Assembly (NCBI GenBank): GCA_965202985.1 | Contig: CBDBCF010000002.1 | Coordinates: 704,001 to 768,000, forward strand | Length of the DNA: 64,000 bases | Direction of reading: 5' to 3' | From: Longimicrobiales bacterium | GTDB lineage: Bacteria > Gemmatimonadota > Gemmatimonadetes > Longimicrobiales > Gaopeijiaceae | In this document: positions 28,084 through 37,088 of the stretch, piece after piece | How the letters are laid out: the number at the start of each line of letters is the position of its first letter | Numbering within the stretch: position 1 is the first letter of the stretch | Notes under the pieces: model-generated | The model's input: only the letters and a program-made list of their open reading frames with translations | Databases searched by the model: none | Told to the model about the DNA's origin: nothing | Translations under genes and position numbers: made by a program

Positions 28084-28313
28084 AACGCCTTGCTTCCCAT
28101 CGGCGAGGCCAAATCTCCATCTCGCCCGATCGGCGAAGGCTGATCGCTACCTTCCACCATGTCTCGAAAGCCTTGGAGATCGAGATCGCCACCGGCAAGG
28201 TGCTGACCGAATTCACCAACGTGCACGACCTGACTCCCCTCGGCGACATCGCAGGAGACGCTCAAATCGTCTTGTTTCCGATGTCGGGACTTCGCTACGT
28301 CCTCGACCCGTAG
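28084..28313 (+). pseudogene. 3'-terminal fragment of arylsulfotransferase-like gene (copy A)
   Basis: Closely matches 31165-31394 at nucleotide level (GQISISPDRRRLIATFH...LRYVLDP*); the N-terminal ~400 codons are absent. Confidence 0.75.
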
Positions 28314-28437
28314 GCGTCGGGACCGTCAGCGCCGGAGGATGCCCGCGTTGCACGCCGCCGATGTAGCCATTAGTACTTTGCTTGCGCATGTCCTGCTTCT
28401 GTCCACCCGTCAGTCAAGTCAAGCGAGAGATCAGCGA

Positions 28438-29961
28438 ATGACCCTCGACGCCCCCGGCGCGGCCGACTCCGGCCTCGAGGCCAGCTCCGGTTCGGGCACG
28501 GCCGCCCCCCGCTTCGTCGCCGTCGTCAAGGACGAGTGCGAGACATGCCGCTTGATTGCGCCCGTGTTGGGCGAAATGGCGGCGGCCGGACTCGACTTGG
28601 CGGTCTACTGGCAGGACGACGGAGCGTTCCTGGGCAACGGCGTCCCGGCGTTCGACGACCGCAACTTGGAGTACTCCTACCTGCTGGGCGTCGAGACCGT
28701 GCCCACGCTGATCGGGCTGAACAGCGCTATCACGAACGCGGATCGCGAGGGTGCCCGCGAGACCGGCCGCTGCGTGGGCTGGAACAAGGCCGAATGGCAA
28801 GCGCTTACCGGTTTGCGCGCGATGGGCGAAGACCTTCCTGCCCACCGGCCCGGTTGCGGCTCCCTATCGGTCGAGCCCGGCGCCGCCGAGGTGCTGCGCG
28901 CTCGCTTCGGCGAGACCGGCATCCGCGCCCGGAAGGTCGAGCTGGGGTCGTGGGCGGACCCGATCGAAGTCTGCTACGACCGGGGCTGGACCGACGGGCT
29001 CCCCGTGACGCCGCCGACGCCGGAGCGCATCTTGCGGATGCTGGCCGGCACGCGCCGCGATCCGTCGGAGGTCGTGGGGCGCATTCCCCCGGAGTTGGCG
29101 CCCTGCACCGTGGAAAAGGTGGCCGCCAACGCGGTCTTGGCGGGGTGTCGCCCGGAGTACATGCCCGTGGTGCTGGCGGCCTTGGAGGCGGCCCTCGACC
29201 CGGGCTTCACCCTGCACGGCGTGACGTGCAGCACGTGCTTCGCCAGCCCGGTCGTCGTGGTGAACGGCCCGGTCGCCCGGCGGATCGGCATGAACGCGGG
29301 CATCAACGCCCTGGGCCAGGGCAACCGCGCCAACGCCACGATCGGTCGGGCGCTCAACTTGGTTGTACGCAACGTAGGCGGCGGACGGCCCGGCGAGATC
29401 GACCGGGCAACGCTGGGGGCCCCCGGCAAGTACACCTTCTGCTTCGCCGAAGACGAGTCGGACCCGGAGTGGGAGCCCCTGTCGGCGTCTCGCGGCGCAA
29501 CTCCGGGCCGGAGCGCCGTCACGCTCTTCGCCGGAGACGGCATCCAGGGCGTCACCGACCAGCGCGCCCGGACGCCCGACGAACTCACGCGCTCGCTGGC
29601 GATGGCCCTGCTGGCCGTGGGCCACCCCAAGCTGTGCGAATGGGCACCGGCGATGCTGGTCCTGTCGCCCGAGCACTACCGCATCTATCGAGAAGCGGCC
29701 TGGGACCGGTCCCGAATCACCGCAGCCCTTCACGCGAGCTTGGCGCGACCCGGCGCAGGCGTGGTTGCCGGTGCCGGGGGCGTGGCCGAGGGGATGCCCG
29801 CTTCGCGCGTCGCCGACACGGTCCCCAAGTTCCAACCAGACGGCTTGCTTCTGGTCCGAGCCGGCGGCCCCGCGGGAATGTTCTCGGCCGTCCTGTCGGG
29901 ATGGCCCGGCGGCCGCGTGCACCAAGAATCCTACCCCGTCACGCGTGAGATCGGCGAGTGA
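28438..29961 (+). CDS. thioredoxin-like (CxxC) domain fused to UGSC-associated large domain
   Basis: VVKDECETC...VETVPTLI (Trx fold) and RPGCGS, then GWTDGLPVTPPT, TVEKVAANAVLAGCRPEYMPV and GNRANATIGRAL, as in proteins encoded beside UGSC selenoproteins. Confidence 0.75.
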   Translation: MTLDAPGAADSGLEASSGSGTAAPRFVAVVKDECETCRLIAPVLGEMAAAGLDLAVYWQDDGAFLGNGVPAFDDRNLEYSYLLGVETVPTLIGLNSAITNADREGARETGRCVGWNKAEWQALTGLRAMGEDLPAHRPGCGSLSVEPGAAEVLRARFGETGIRARKVELGSWADPIEVCYDRGWTDGLPVTPPTPERILRMLAGTRRDPSEVVGRIPPELAPCTVEKVAANAVLAGCRPEYMPVVLAALEAALDPGFTLHGVTCSTCFASPVVVVNGPVARRIGMNAGINALGQGNRANATIGRALNLVVRNVGGGRPGEIDRATLGAPGKYTFCFAEDESDPEWEPLSASRGATPGRSAVTLFAGDGIQGVTDQRARTPDELTRSLAMALLAVGHPKLCEWAPAMLVLSPEHYRIYREAAWDRSRITAALHASLARPGAGVVAGAGGVAEGMPASRVADTVPKFQPDGLLLVRAGGPAGMFSAVLSGWPGGRVHQESYPVTREIGE

Positions 29962-31394
29962 CCCGCACGCCGTTCCCGAAGCCGGGTCGGTTGCGACACC
30001 GCGCGCCTGTGGTCTTGTTCGCAGCTGCGCTGGTCGTGGTCGTGTTCGCGGGCGGCATGCTGTTCGAGCAGTCGAAGCCGTTCCCCTACGAACTGCTGCG
30101 GTCCGCCAAGAAGACTGCCGCGACGTTCTGGAACAGAGACTGGGCCAACACGCTGAGGTACCGTCGTTCCGTGCCCGACCTGCGTCCCGACGAAGTGGAG
30201 GCGGCGCGCATCGTGTCTCGCGACCCAGGCGGAATGGTGGACCGCATCGTGTATCTGGGAGGGGCTGGACGGTTCGCCGAATTGTGTCCGGGTCATCTGG
30301 GGTGCATCGCCGTCGAGTACGCCGGCCAAGGCCGGGTCGCCCGCGTCTACCCCTACCGCCCGAGCGAGATCGAGTCAGCGACGATCGTGGAACTGCCCTA
30401 CGAGCTCGCGCTTGGCTTCGATTTTGGCCGCAACAGCATCGTGCGCAGCATGGACACGTATCCAAACGGCGACCTGCTCGTGGTGTTCCAATACCAGCAC
30501 GGCTTCGCCTTCCCTTACGGCGGCGGCGTTGCGCGAATTCGACCCGACGGTACGCCGGCCTGGTATCGGCGAGACTACAGCCATCACGAACCCCACGTCA
30601 ACGACGACGAGACGTCTTGGGTCCCCGGCCTGCGCGTCGGCCAAGGACCCCTCCGCGTGCGCTACGACGCTCCCAAGCGACACATCTCCTTCGAGCTGCC
30701 GCCTTGCGCCAAACCGTACCTCGATACCATTCGCAAGATCGGGCCCGACGGCGAGCTCCTGGAGGAGATCCCGCTCTTCGAGAAGCTGGCCGCTTCCCGC
30801 TATCGATTCTTGTTGCGAACCCCCGGCAACCCGTGCGACCCGATTCACCTGAATTCGGTGCACGAGCTGGGGCCCGACGCGACGGGGCCGTCGGGCATCC
30901 GTCCGGGCGATCTCGTGGCGTCCTTAAGGAACGTGCACGCGTTCGTCGTGCTCGACCGAGACGACTTCGACGTCAAAGCGCTTGTACGGGGAACCTTCAA
31001 CGGGCAGCATTCCGTCAAGCACCTGACGGGCTCCCGGTTTCTCGTGTTCGACAACCTGGGCGTCGAAGCGGACCGAGACGGCCCTTCGCGAGTACTGATG
31101 ATCGATCTGGCCGACGGAAGCGAGACAACGGTATTCCCCGGACCGTTGACGTCCGAAGCTGCGCAACGCCTTGTTTCCCAGACGCGAGGCCAAATCTCCA
31201 TCTCGCCCGATCGGCGAAGGCTGATCGCTACCTTCCACAATACCGTGAAGGCCTTGGAGATCGAGATCGCCACCGGCAAGGTGCTGACCGAGTTCACATC
31301 GGTGCACAACCTGACTCCCCTCGGCGACATCGCAGGAGACGCTCAAATCGTCTTGTTTCCGATGTCGGGACTTCGCTACGTCCTTGACCCGTAA
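29958..31394 (+). CDS. arylsulfotransferase (ASST)-like beta-propeller, intact (copy B)
   Basis: N-terminal TM/signal segment; motifs SHHE, DPIHLNSV and GQHSV resemble the ASST His motifs (H.NS, QH). GTGA overlap with the upstream gene. Confidence 0.7.
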   Translation: MTRTPFPKPGRLRHRAPVVLFAAALVVVVFAGGMLFEQSKPFPYELLRSAKKTAATFWNRDWANTLRYRRSVPDLRPDEVEAARIVSRDPGGMVDRIVYLGGAGRFAELCPGHLGCIAVEYAGQGRVARVYPYRPSEIESATIVELPYELALGFDFGRNSIVRSMDTYPNGDLLVVFQYQHGFAFPYGGGVARIRPDGTPAWYRRDYSHHEPHVNDDETSWVPGLRVGQGPLRVRYDAPKRHISFELPPCAKPYLDTIRKIGPDGELLEEIPLFEKLAASRYRFLLRTPGNPCDPIHLNSVHELGPDATGPSGIRPGDLVASLRNVHAFVVLDRDDFDVKALVRGTFNGQHSVKHLTGSRFLVFDNLGVEADRDGPSRVLMIDLADGSETTVFPGPLTSEAAQRLVSQTRGQISISPDRRRLIATFHNTVKALEIEIATGKVLTEFTSVHNLTPLGDIAGDAQIVLFPMSGLRYVLDP

Positions 31395-31448
31395 TCGTCG
31401 GGACCCCAACGCGCGTTGCGCGCCGCCAACGCATTAGCCTTCCTGCAG

Positions 31449-32115
31449 GTGAGCTACGAGCAACCCAAGCAGAGGCTCTCCTTCGAGTTGCCTTGCGGCA
31501 AGCCCCTCGTTGACACCATTGACAAGATCGCGCCCGACGGGGAGCTTCTGGAGAAGATCCCGATCTTCGAGAAGCTGGCCCGTTCCCGCTATCGGTTCTT
31601 GTTGCGAGACGCCGACCCGTGCAACCCGACTCACCTGAATTCGGTGCACGAACTAGGGGCGCGACGCGACGGGGCCGTCGGGCATCCGTCCGGACGACCT
31701 CGTGGCGTCCCTAAGGACTTAGACGCCTTCGTCGTGCTCGACCGGGACAGCTTCGATGTCAAGACGCTCGTGCGAGGAACCTTCAACGGGCAGCATTCCG
31801 TCAAGCACCTGACGGGCGACCGGTTTCTCGTGTTCGACAACTGGGGGGTCGGAGCGGACCGAGACGGCCCTTCGCGAGTGCTGATGATCGATCTGGCCGA
31901 CGGGAGCGAGACGACCGTATTCCCTCGCCCGATCGGCGAAGGCTGCTCGTTACCTTCGCCAGACCGAGGATCTTGGAGATCGAGATCGCCACCGGCAAGG
32001 TGCTGACCGACTTCCACAACGTGCACGACCTCACTCCCCTGGGCGACATCACGGGAGACGCCCAAGTCGTCAACTTTCCGGGACGCCGGGACCTCGCTAT
32101 GTTCTCAATCCGTAG
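31449..32115 (+). pseudogene. 5'-truncated, frameshifted ASST-like gene (copy C)
   Basis: Homologous to the C-terminal half of copy B. Indels near 31657 and 31712, a deletion of roughly 60 bp near 31925; ends ...RYVLNP TAG at 32115. Confidence 0.75.
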
Positions 32116-32162
32116 TAGCCGCCTTCGCAAAGAGTCCACCCCGTCACCCACGAGATCGGCGA

Positions 32163-32711
32163 ATGACCCTTGACACCCACCACACCCCGCTTCACGCCTC
32201 CGCCGTCCTCCACGACCCCACCTCCGAAGCGACCCCTTCCGCGCGACCCCGCATGTCGCCGCCGGCCCAGCTGCACGGCAAGACCGTCGGCCTCTTCGAC
32301 CTGGGCAAGTCCCGCTCCGCCGAGTTCCTGGATCACCTCCAAGCCCGGCTGGACGCCCGTGGGCTGGCCACGCGCCGCTTCGCCAAGCCCACCAACGCCA
32401 AGCCGGCCACCGCCGCCGTCCTGTCCGAACTCGCCGCCCGCGCCGACGTGGTCGTCGAAGCGCTGGCCGATTGAGGGTCGTGCACATCATGCGGTCTGCA
32501 TGACATCGAAGCCCTGGACCGGCTGGGCGTGCCCGGCGTGCTGGTGGCCACCACCGCATTCCGAGACGCGGCGCAACACCAAGCCCGTGCGCTCGGGTTC
32601 CAACCCGCCATGGTGTGGGTGCCCCACCCGGTCCAGAACCGCACCGACGCCGAGCTGGAGGCGTTGGCGGATGCGGCGGTGGAGCCGGTCCTGGCCGCAC
32701 TGCGACGTTGA
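32163..32711 (+). CDS. UGSC-family selenoprotein (TGA 32472-32474 read as selenocysteine)
   Basis: ORFs 32163..32474 and 32529..32711 are in the same frame. Readthrough gives VVEALAD-U-GSCTSCGLHDIEALDRLGVPGV, and a hairpin follows the TGA. Confidence 0.85.
32475..32514 (+). promoter_or_regulatory. candidate bacterial SECIS element
   Basis: Stem TCATGC (32487-32492) / GCATGA (32498-32503) with a G-starting loop GGTCT, 18 nt after the TGA. Possible lower stem GGGTCG with CGAAGCCC. Confidence 0.65.
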
Positions 32712-32723
32712 CCGCGTAGGCCC

Positions 32724-34152
32724 CTGAGATCGCCTCCGAAACGACTGCGACGCCACGCACCTGTGGCCTTGTTTGCAATGGCGCTGGCCGTGGTCGTGTT
32801 CTTGGGCGGCGTGCAGGTCGGGCGAACGAAGGTATTTCCTTACGAACTGCTGCAATCCGCCAGGAGGACGGCCCTAACCCTCTACGACAAGTACTGGCCG
32901 GGCGGGCCGCCGTACCTTCAGGACGCGGTCCTCGTCGACTTGCCTCCCAGCGACGTGGGGGCAGCGCGCATCGCGTTTCACAGCCCAAACGAACTGGTCG
33001 ACCGCATCGTCTTTCCGGGAGGCGTCGCGCGATTCGCCGAACTGTGTCCGGGACATCCGGGGTGCATCGCCGTCGAGTACGTCGGCCAAGGCCAAGTCGC
33101 GCGAGCCTACCCCTATCGCCCGCGCCAGATCGAGGAGGCGACGATCGTGGACCTGCCGTACGAGCACATTCTCGACTTCCGGCTGATCGACGACGCCTAC
33201 GTCTTCGCCGTGGACACGTACCCCAACGGGGACCTGCTGGTAGTCTTCCACTTCCGCTTGGTCTTTCCCTACGGCGGGGGCGTTGCGCGGGTCCGCCCCG
33301 ACGGCACGCCGGCTTGGTATCGGCGAGACTACAGTCGTCACGAGCCCCACATCGCGGCCGACGACGCAGCCTGGGTTCCCGGCTTGCGCATCGGCAAAGG
33401 CCCGCTTCGGGTGCACTACGAGGCCCCCAAGGAGAACCTTGGCTTCGAGCTGTCTGCGGCAAGCCGTACCTCGATTCCATTCGCAGGATCGGGCCCGACG
33501 GGGAGCTTCTGGAGGAGATTCCGATCTTCGAGAAGCTGGCCGTTTCCCGCTATCGATTCTTGCTACGAGACACCGAAGATCCGTGCGACCCGATTCACCT
33601 GAATTCGGTGCACGAGCTGGGGCCCGACGCGACGGGGCCGTCGGGCATCCGTCCGGGCGACCTCGTGGTGTCACTCAGGAACCTGCACGCCTTCGCCGTG
33701 CTCGACCGGGACGATTTTGATGTCAAGGCGCTCGCGCGGGGAACCTTCAACGGGCAGCATTCGGTCAAACACCTGACGGGCTCCCGGTTTCTCGTGTTCG
33801 ACAACTGGGGGTCGAAGCGGACCGAGACGGCCCCTCGCGAGTGCTGACGATCGACTTGGCCGACGGAAGCGAGACGACCATCTTTCCTCCCGCCACCTCG
33901 GCGCCCGGCGGCCTCCGTCTTGGAAGCGACCTCTTTGCGGACCGGCACGGCCTCTTGTCCATCTCGCCGGACCGGCAAAGGCTGATCGCCACCTTCGACT
34001 CGAAGGCCCTGGAGATCGAGATCGCCACCGGCAAGGTGCTGACCGAATTCACCAACGTGCACGACCTGACTTTGTTGGGCGACCTTGCGGGCGACGCACC
34101 AGTCGTCCAGTTGCGGGCAACGCCGGGGCCTCGCTACGTGCTCGACCCGTAA
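32724..34152 (+). pseudogene. near full-length ASST-like gene with two frameshifts (copy D)
   Basis: Three consecutive ORF pieces (32763.., 33044.., 33841..) jointly align to copy B. Frame breaks near 33452 and in a G-run near 33808; ends RYVLDP*. Confidence 0.7.
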
Positions 34153-34227
34153 GCCGCTGGCGCGCCGGGGAAGGATCACGTCGTCGAATTCTTTCTGCCG
34201 GTCGTCAGCTGCGTTCGCAGTCCGTAG

Positions 34228-35994
34228 TCAGCGGAAGACGATCTCCCAGAGCAGAACCGCTAGCACCACGACGGTGAGAGGCGCGCCCAAGCGCAAGTAG
34301 TCGCTGAACTTGTAGCCACCGGGGCCGTACACCATGAGGTTGGTCTGGTAGCTGACGGGCGTCATGAACGAGGCCGACGCCGAGAGGGCCACGGCCACCG
34401 CGGCGGACCGGGCGTCAATGCCGAAGTCGGCGGCGGTGGAGAGCGCGATCGGCAACACCAGCGCCGCGGCCGCGTTGTTGGTGATGATCGAACTGAGGCC
34501 GACCGTGGCCAGGACGATCCCCGCCAGCGTGCCGGCCGCGCCGAAGCGGCCGAAGCCCACGGCCAGCAGCTCCGCGGCGGCGTGGCCCAGCCCCGAAGTC
34601 TCAACGGCCGCGGCTAGGCCGAACGCGGCGCCGATCACCACGATCACGTCGAAGTCGATGGAGTCGCGCGCCTCGCCGGGCGACAGTATGCCAAGACCGA
34701 TGATGGCCAGGGCGCCGATCAGCGACAGGTGCAGGATCGGCAGCACGCCAAACCCCGCGCCCAGGACGATCGCCGCCGCCAGCGCCAGCACCGTCGTCGC
34801 CTTGGGCGTGAAGCGGGGCGACGGCGAAGCTTCGCCCAGACGGGGCACCACCAGGAAGTCGTTGCGGTCGCGCCAGCGGCGTCCGAAGTCCTCGTCGGAG
34901 ACAAGGAGCAGGGTGTCGCCGGGCTTCAGGGGCACCCGCGCCAACCGGCCCCGGATCGGCTCGCCGGCCCGGTGGATCGCCACCACCGCCGCTTGGTAGC
35001 GCCTCAGGAACTTGGACGTGACCAGGGAACGGCCCACCAGCGGCGACTCCGGCGCGACGACGGCTTCGAAGCGGTGTTGGGGACCGCCGAGCTCCGCCGG
35101 CAGATGGGGCTCCTGGGCCGACGCCAGACCCGGCAGGTCGTGGAGCTCGATCACCTTGTCGGCGCCGACGACGAACGTCAGGTGGTCGTCGCCCTTGAGC
35201 GTCGTGGCGGGAGACACGTGCTCCACCGTCTCGCCGCCTCTTTCCCGGGCCACAAGGACCAAGCCCTTCAAAAAGCCCAGGTCGGCGTCGCCCACCGTTG
35301 CGCCATCCAGCGGCCCGCCGGCCTCCACTCGCATCCGCACCGAGAACCCGCGCTCGCCTTGGCCGGCGTCCCGGCGCGGGGATCGGCGGTCGGGAAGCAG
35401 CTTCGGCGCCAGCAGAATGGTCAGGCCCAGTCCGATCACCGCCACCGGAAGCGCGATCCTCGTGAGTTCGAACATGGCGAAGGGTTCGTACCCTTCCTCC
35501 TGCAACAAGCCCGACACGACCAGATTCGTGGACGTGCCGATGAGTGTGGTCATGCCGCCCAGGATCGCCGCGAACGACAGCGGCATCAGGTACCGCGACG
35601 GCGAGTGCCCGCGCTTGTCCGCCCACTCGCCGACCTGGGGCGACAGCATGGCCACGATGGGCGTGTTGTTGAGGAACGCCGACGCCGCCGCGACGGGAGC
35701 CGTGAGCCGCGCCAGCGAGCGGCGCACGTGGCTGCCGCCCCCCAGCGTGGCGTAGACCAGAGGCTGGAGAGCGCCGCTCTGCTCCACGGCCCTGGCCAGC
35801 ACGTAGAGCGCCGCCACCGTGATCGGCGCCGGGTTCGAGAACCCCTGGAACGCCTGGTCCGGCGTCACGACGCCCGCCACGAGGAGGGCCACCACGGCGC
35901 CCGTGAACGCCACTGCCGGCGAGATCCAGTCGCGGGCCAGGACCACCACGGCCCCAACCACGACCGCCAAGGTGAGCCAAGCGTCTCCGCTCAT
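34228..35994 (-). CDS. SLC13/CitMHS-type permease with two TrkA-C (RCK_C) domains
   Basis: GFSNPAPITVAAL, SAFLNNTPIV, GGMTTLIGTSTNLVV, ITNNAAA, FMTPVSYQTNLMVYGPGGYKF.DY. Confidence 0.9.
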   Translation of the reverse strand: MSGDAWLTLAVVVGAVVVLARDWISPAVAFTGAVVALLVAGVVTPDQAFQGFSNPAPITVAALYVLARAVEQSGALQPLVYATLGGGSHVRRSLARLTAPVAAASAFLNNTPIVAMLSPQVGEWADKRGHSPSRYLMPLSFAAILGGMTTLIGTSTNLVVSGLLQEEGYEPFAMFELTRIALPVAVIGLGLTILLAPKLLPDRRSPRRDAGQGERGFSVRMRVEAGGPLDGATVGDADLGFLKGLVLVARERGGETVEHVSPATTLKGDDHLTFVVGADKVIELHDLPGLASAQEPHLPAELGGPQHRFEAVVAPESPLVGRSLVTSKFLRRYQAAVVAIHRAGEPIRGRLARVPLKPGDTLLLVSDEDFGRRWRDRNDFLVVPRLGEASPSPRFTPKATTVLALAAAIVLGAGFGVLPILHLSLIGALAIIGLGILSPGEARDSIDFDVIVVIGAAFGLAAAVETSGLGHAAAELLAVGFGRFGAAGTLAGIVLATVGLSSIITNNAAAALVLPIALSTAADFGIDARSAAVAVALSASASFMTPVSYQTNLMVYGPGGYKFSDYLRLGAPLTVVVLAVLLWEIVFR

Positions 35995-36027
35995 GATCGA
36001 ACGCGCCGCGCGCCGTCGGGCACGGGG

Positions 36028-36642
36028 TCAGCTTCGGTCGTAGGCCAGGGTCAGGGCTTGCTCGGTTGCCGCCGCGGCCACGTTTCGGCTCATGATCAGC
36101 CGGTCGCCCACGACCTCCAGCATCTCTCGGACCTTGCCCCCGCCTACGATCTGGTGTTCGAGCGTCAAGATGCGACCGGTCCACATGGCCTTGGTGCGGA
36201 CCCGACTCTCCCCTTCCCGGCTCTCCGTCTCGCTGCCGTCCAACGGAACCCGGAGGGCCATTCCCGGCACCGGCAGATACGCCAGCGCCCCTTCTTCGAC
36301 GCGCAGGACCAGCGCGGAAGGCCGCCTGCGCAGGACCTCGACCGTGGCTCGCGCTTCCTTCACCGACATCCGCCGCGACTGCGCGATGCGACGATACCGC
36401 CGCATCTGCCGGCTCTCGTTGCGGGTGATGTCCTCGAACGGCGTGTCGTCGGGCACACCTTCCAGATGATTGGGGATCTGCGGCGTGCTGCTCGCTTCGT
36501 CCAAGGTCCAGCGACCCGCGTAGGCGTCGAGCACCGCGGCCGGGTCGGCGTCCGCGGAATCGAGGGCGGGTCCGCCCCCCGAGGCGCAGCCGGCCTGGAC
36601 CAGCGCCAGCGTCGCGCCAAGCAGAGGCAGAGAACGGATCAG
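36028..36642 (-). CDS. hypothetical lipoprotein
   Basis: C-terminal part of ORF 36028..37092: hydrophobic stretch, QAGC lipobox-like site and G.W.LD motif. The start codon is uncertain (CTG overlapping the upstream stop). Confidence 0.55.
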   Translation of the reverse strand: MIRSLPLLGATLALVQAGCASGGGPALDSADADPAAVLDAYAGRWTLDEASSTPQIPNHLEGVPDDTPFEDITRNESRQMRRYRRIAQSRRMSVKEARATVEVLRRRPSALVLRVEEGALAYLPVPGMALRVPLDGSETESREGESRVRTKAMWTGRILTLEHQIVGGGKVREMLEVVGDRLIMSRNVAAAATEQALTLAYDRS

Positions 36643-36977
36643 CGCGGCACGAAGAACCCGACCAGGTAGTTCATGACGCCCAGTGCGAGTGCGCCGAAGA
36701 GGGCGGCCTTGAAGCCGTCGATCCGGAAGCCCCGGACCATCCTGGCCACCAGCATGAGCACCGCCGCGCTCACCACCACGCCGAAGAGCCCCAGCGTCAG
36801 CAGGGTCAGCGGAAGGGCGACGAAGTCGAGCACGGGGCGGATCAGCCAGTTGGCCAAGCCCAGCACGACGGCGCCCAGGACCGCCGCCTTCGCGTCGCGG
36901 ACCTCGAACCCGTCCACCAGCTTGCCGGTGACGTACAGCAGCGCCGCGCTGACCAGAATATGGATCAAGATTGCCAT
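36639..36977 (-). CDS. 4-TM 'phage holin family' (YvlD/DUF360-like) membrane protein
   Basis: LGLANWLIRPVL...LPLTLLTLGLF..VV.A..L...GFRIDGF..AL.GAL pattern; AGG upstream of the ATG. Confidence 0.8.
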   Translation of the reverse strand: MAILIHILVSAALLYVTGKLVDGFEVRDAKAAVLGAVVLGLANWLIRPVLDFVALPLTLLTLGLFGVVVSAAVLMLVARMVRGFRIDGFKAALFGALALGVMNYLVGFFVPR

Positions 36978-37004
36978 GGGGACCTTTCCTGTTGAACGGT
37001 GACT

Positions 37005-37036
37005 TCCCGTCGCGGGCGGGCGCGCCGCCCACGGGA
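37005..37036. terminator. GC-rich intergenic hairpin
   Basis: TCCCGT..GGGCGG-loop-CCGCCC-ACGGGA inverted repeat downstream of the choice-of-anchor B gene; no clear U-tract. Confidence 0.3.
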
Positions 37037-37088
37037 CTCCACTGCATGAAGACGGATTTCCGCCGGTCGGGGTTTCCGGGCCGGGGCG

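Noticed and set aside
28427..32174. CRISPR array or integron attC array from the repeated junction motif
   Set aside because: Only three degenerate copies, spaced 1.5-2.2 kb apart and overlapping start codons; no cas or intI gene and no attC-like palindrome.
28084..34152. Diversity-generating retroelement (TR/VR) explanation for the ASST repeats
   Set aside because: Differences between copies A and B involve all bases and are not confined to adenines of one copy, and no reverse transcriptase gene is in the window.
36639..36977. Prophage inferred from the 'phage holin family' gene
   Set aside because: This 4-TM family is commonly chromosomal, and no endolysin, capsid, terminase or integrase gene is nearby.
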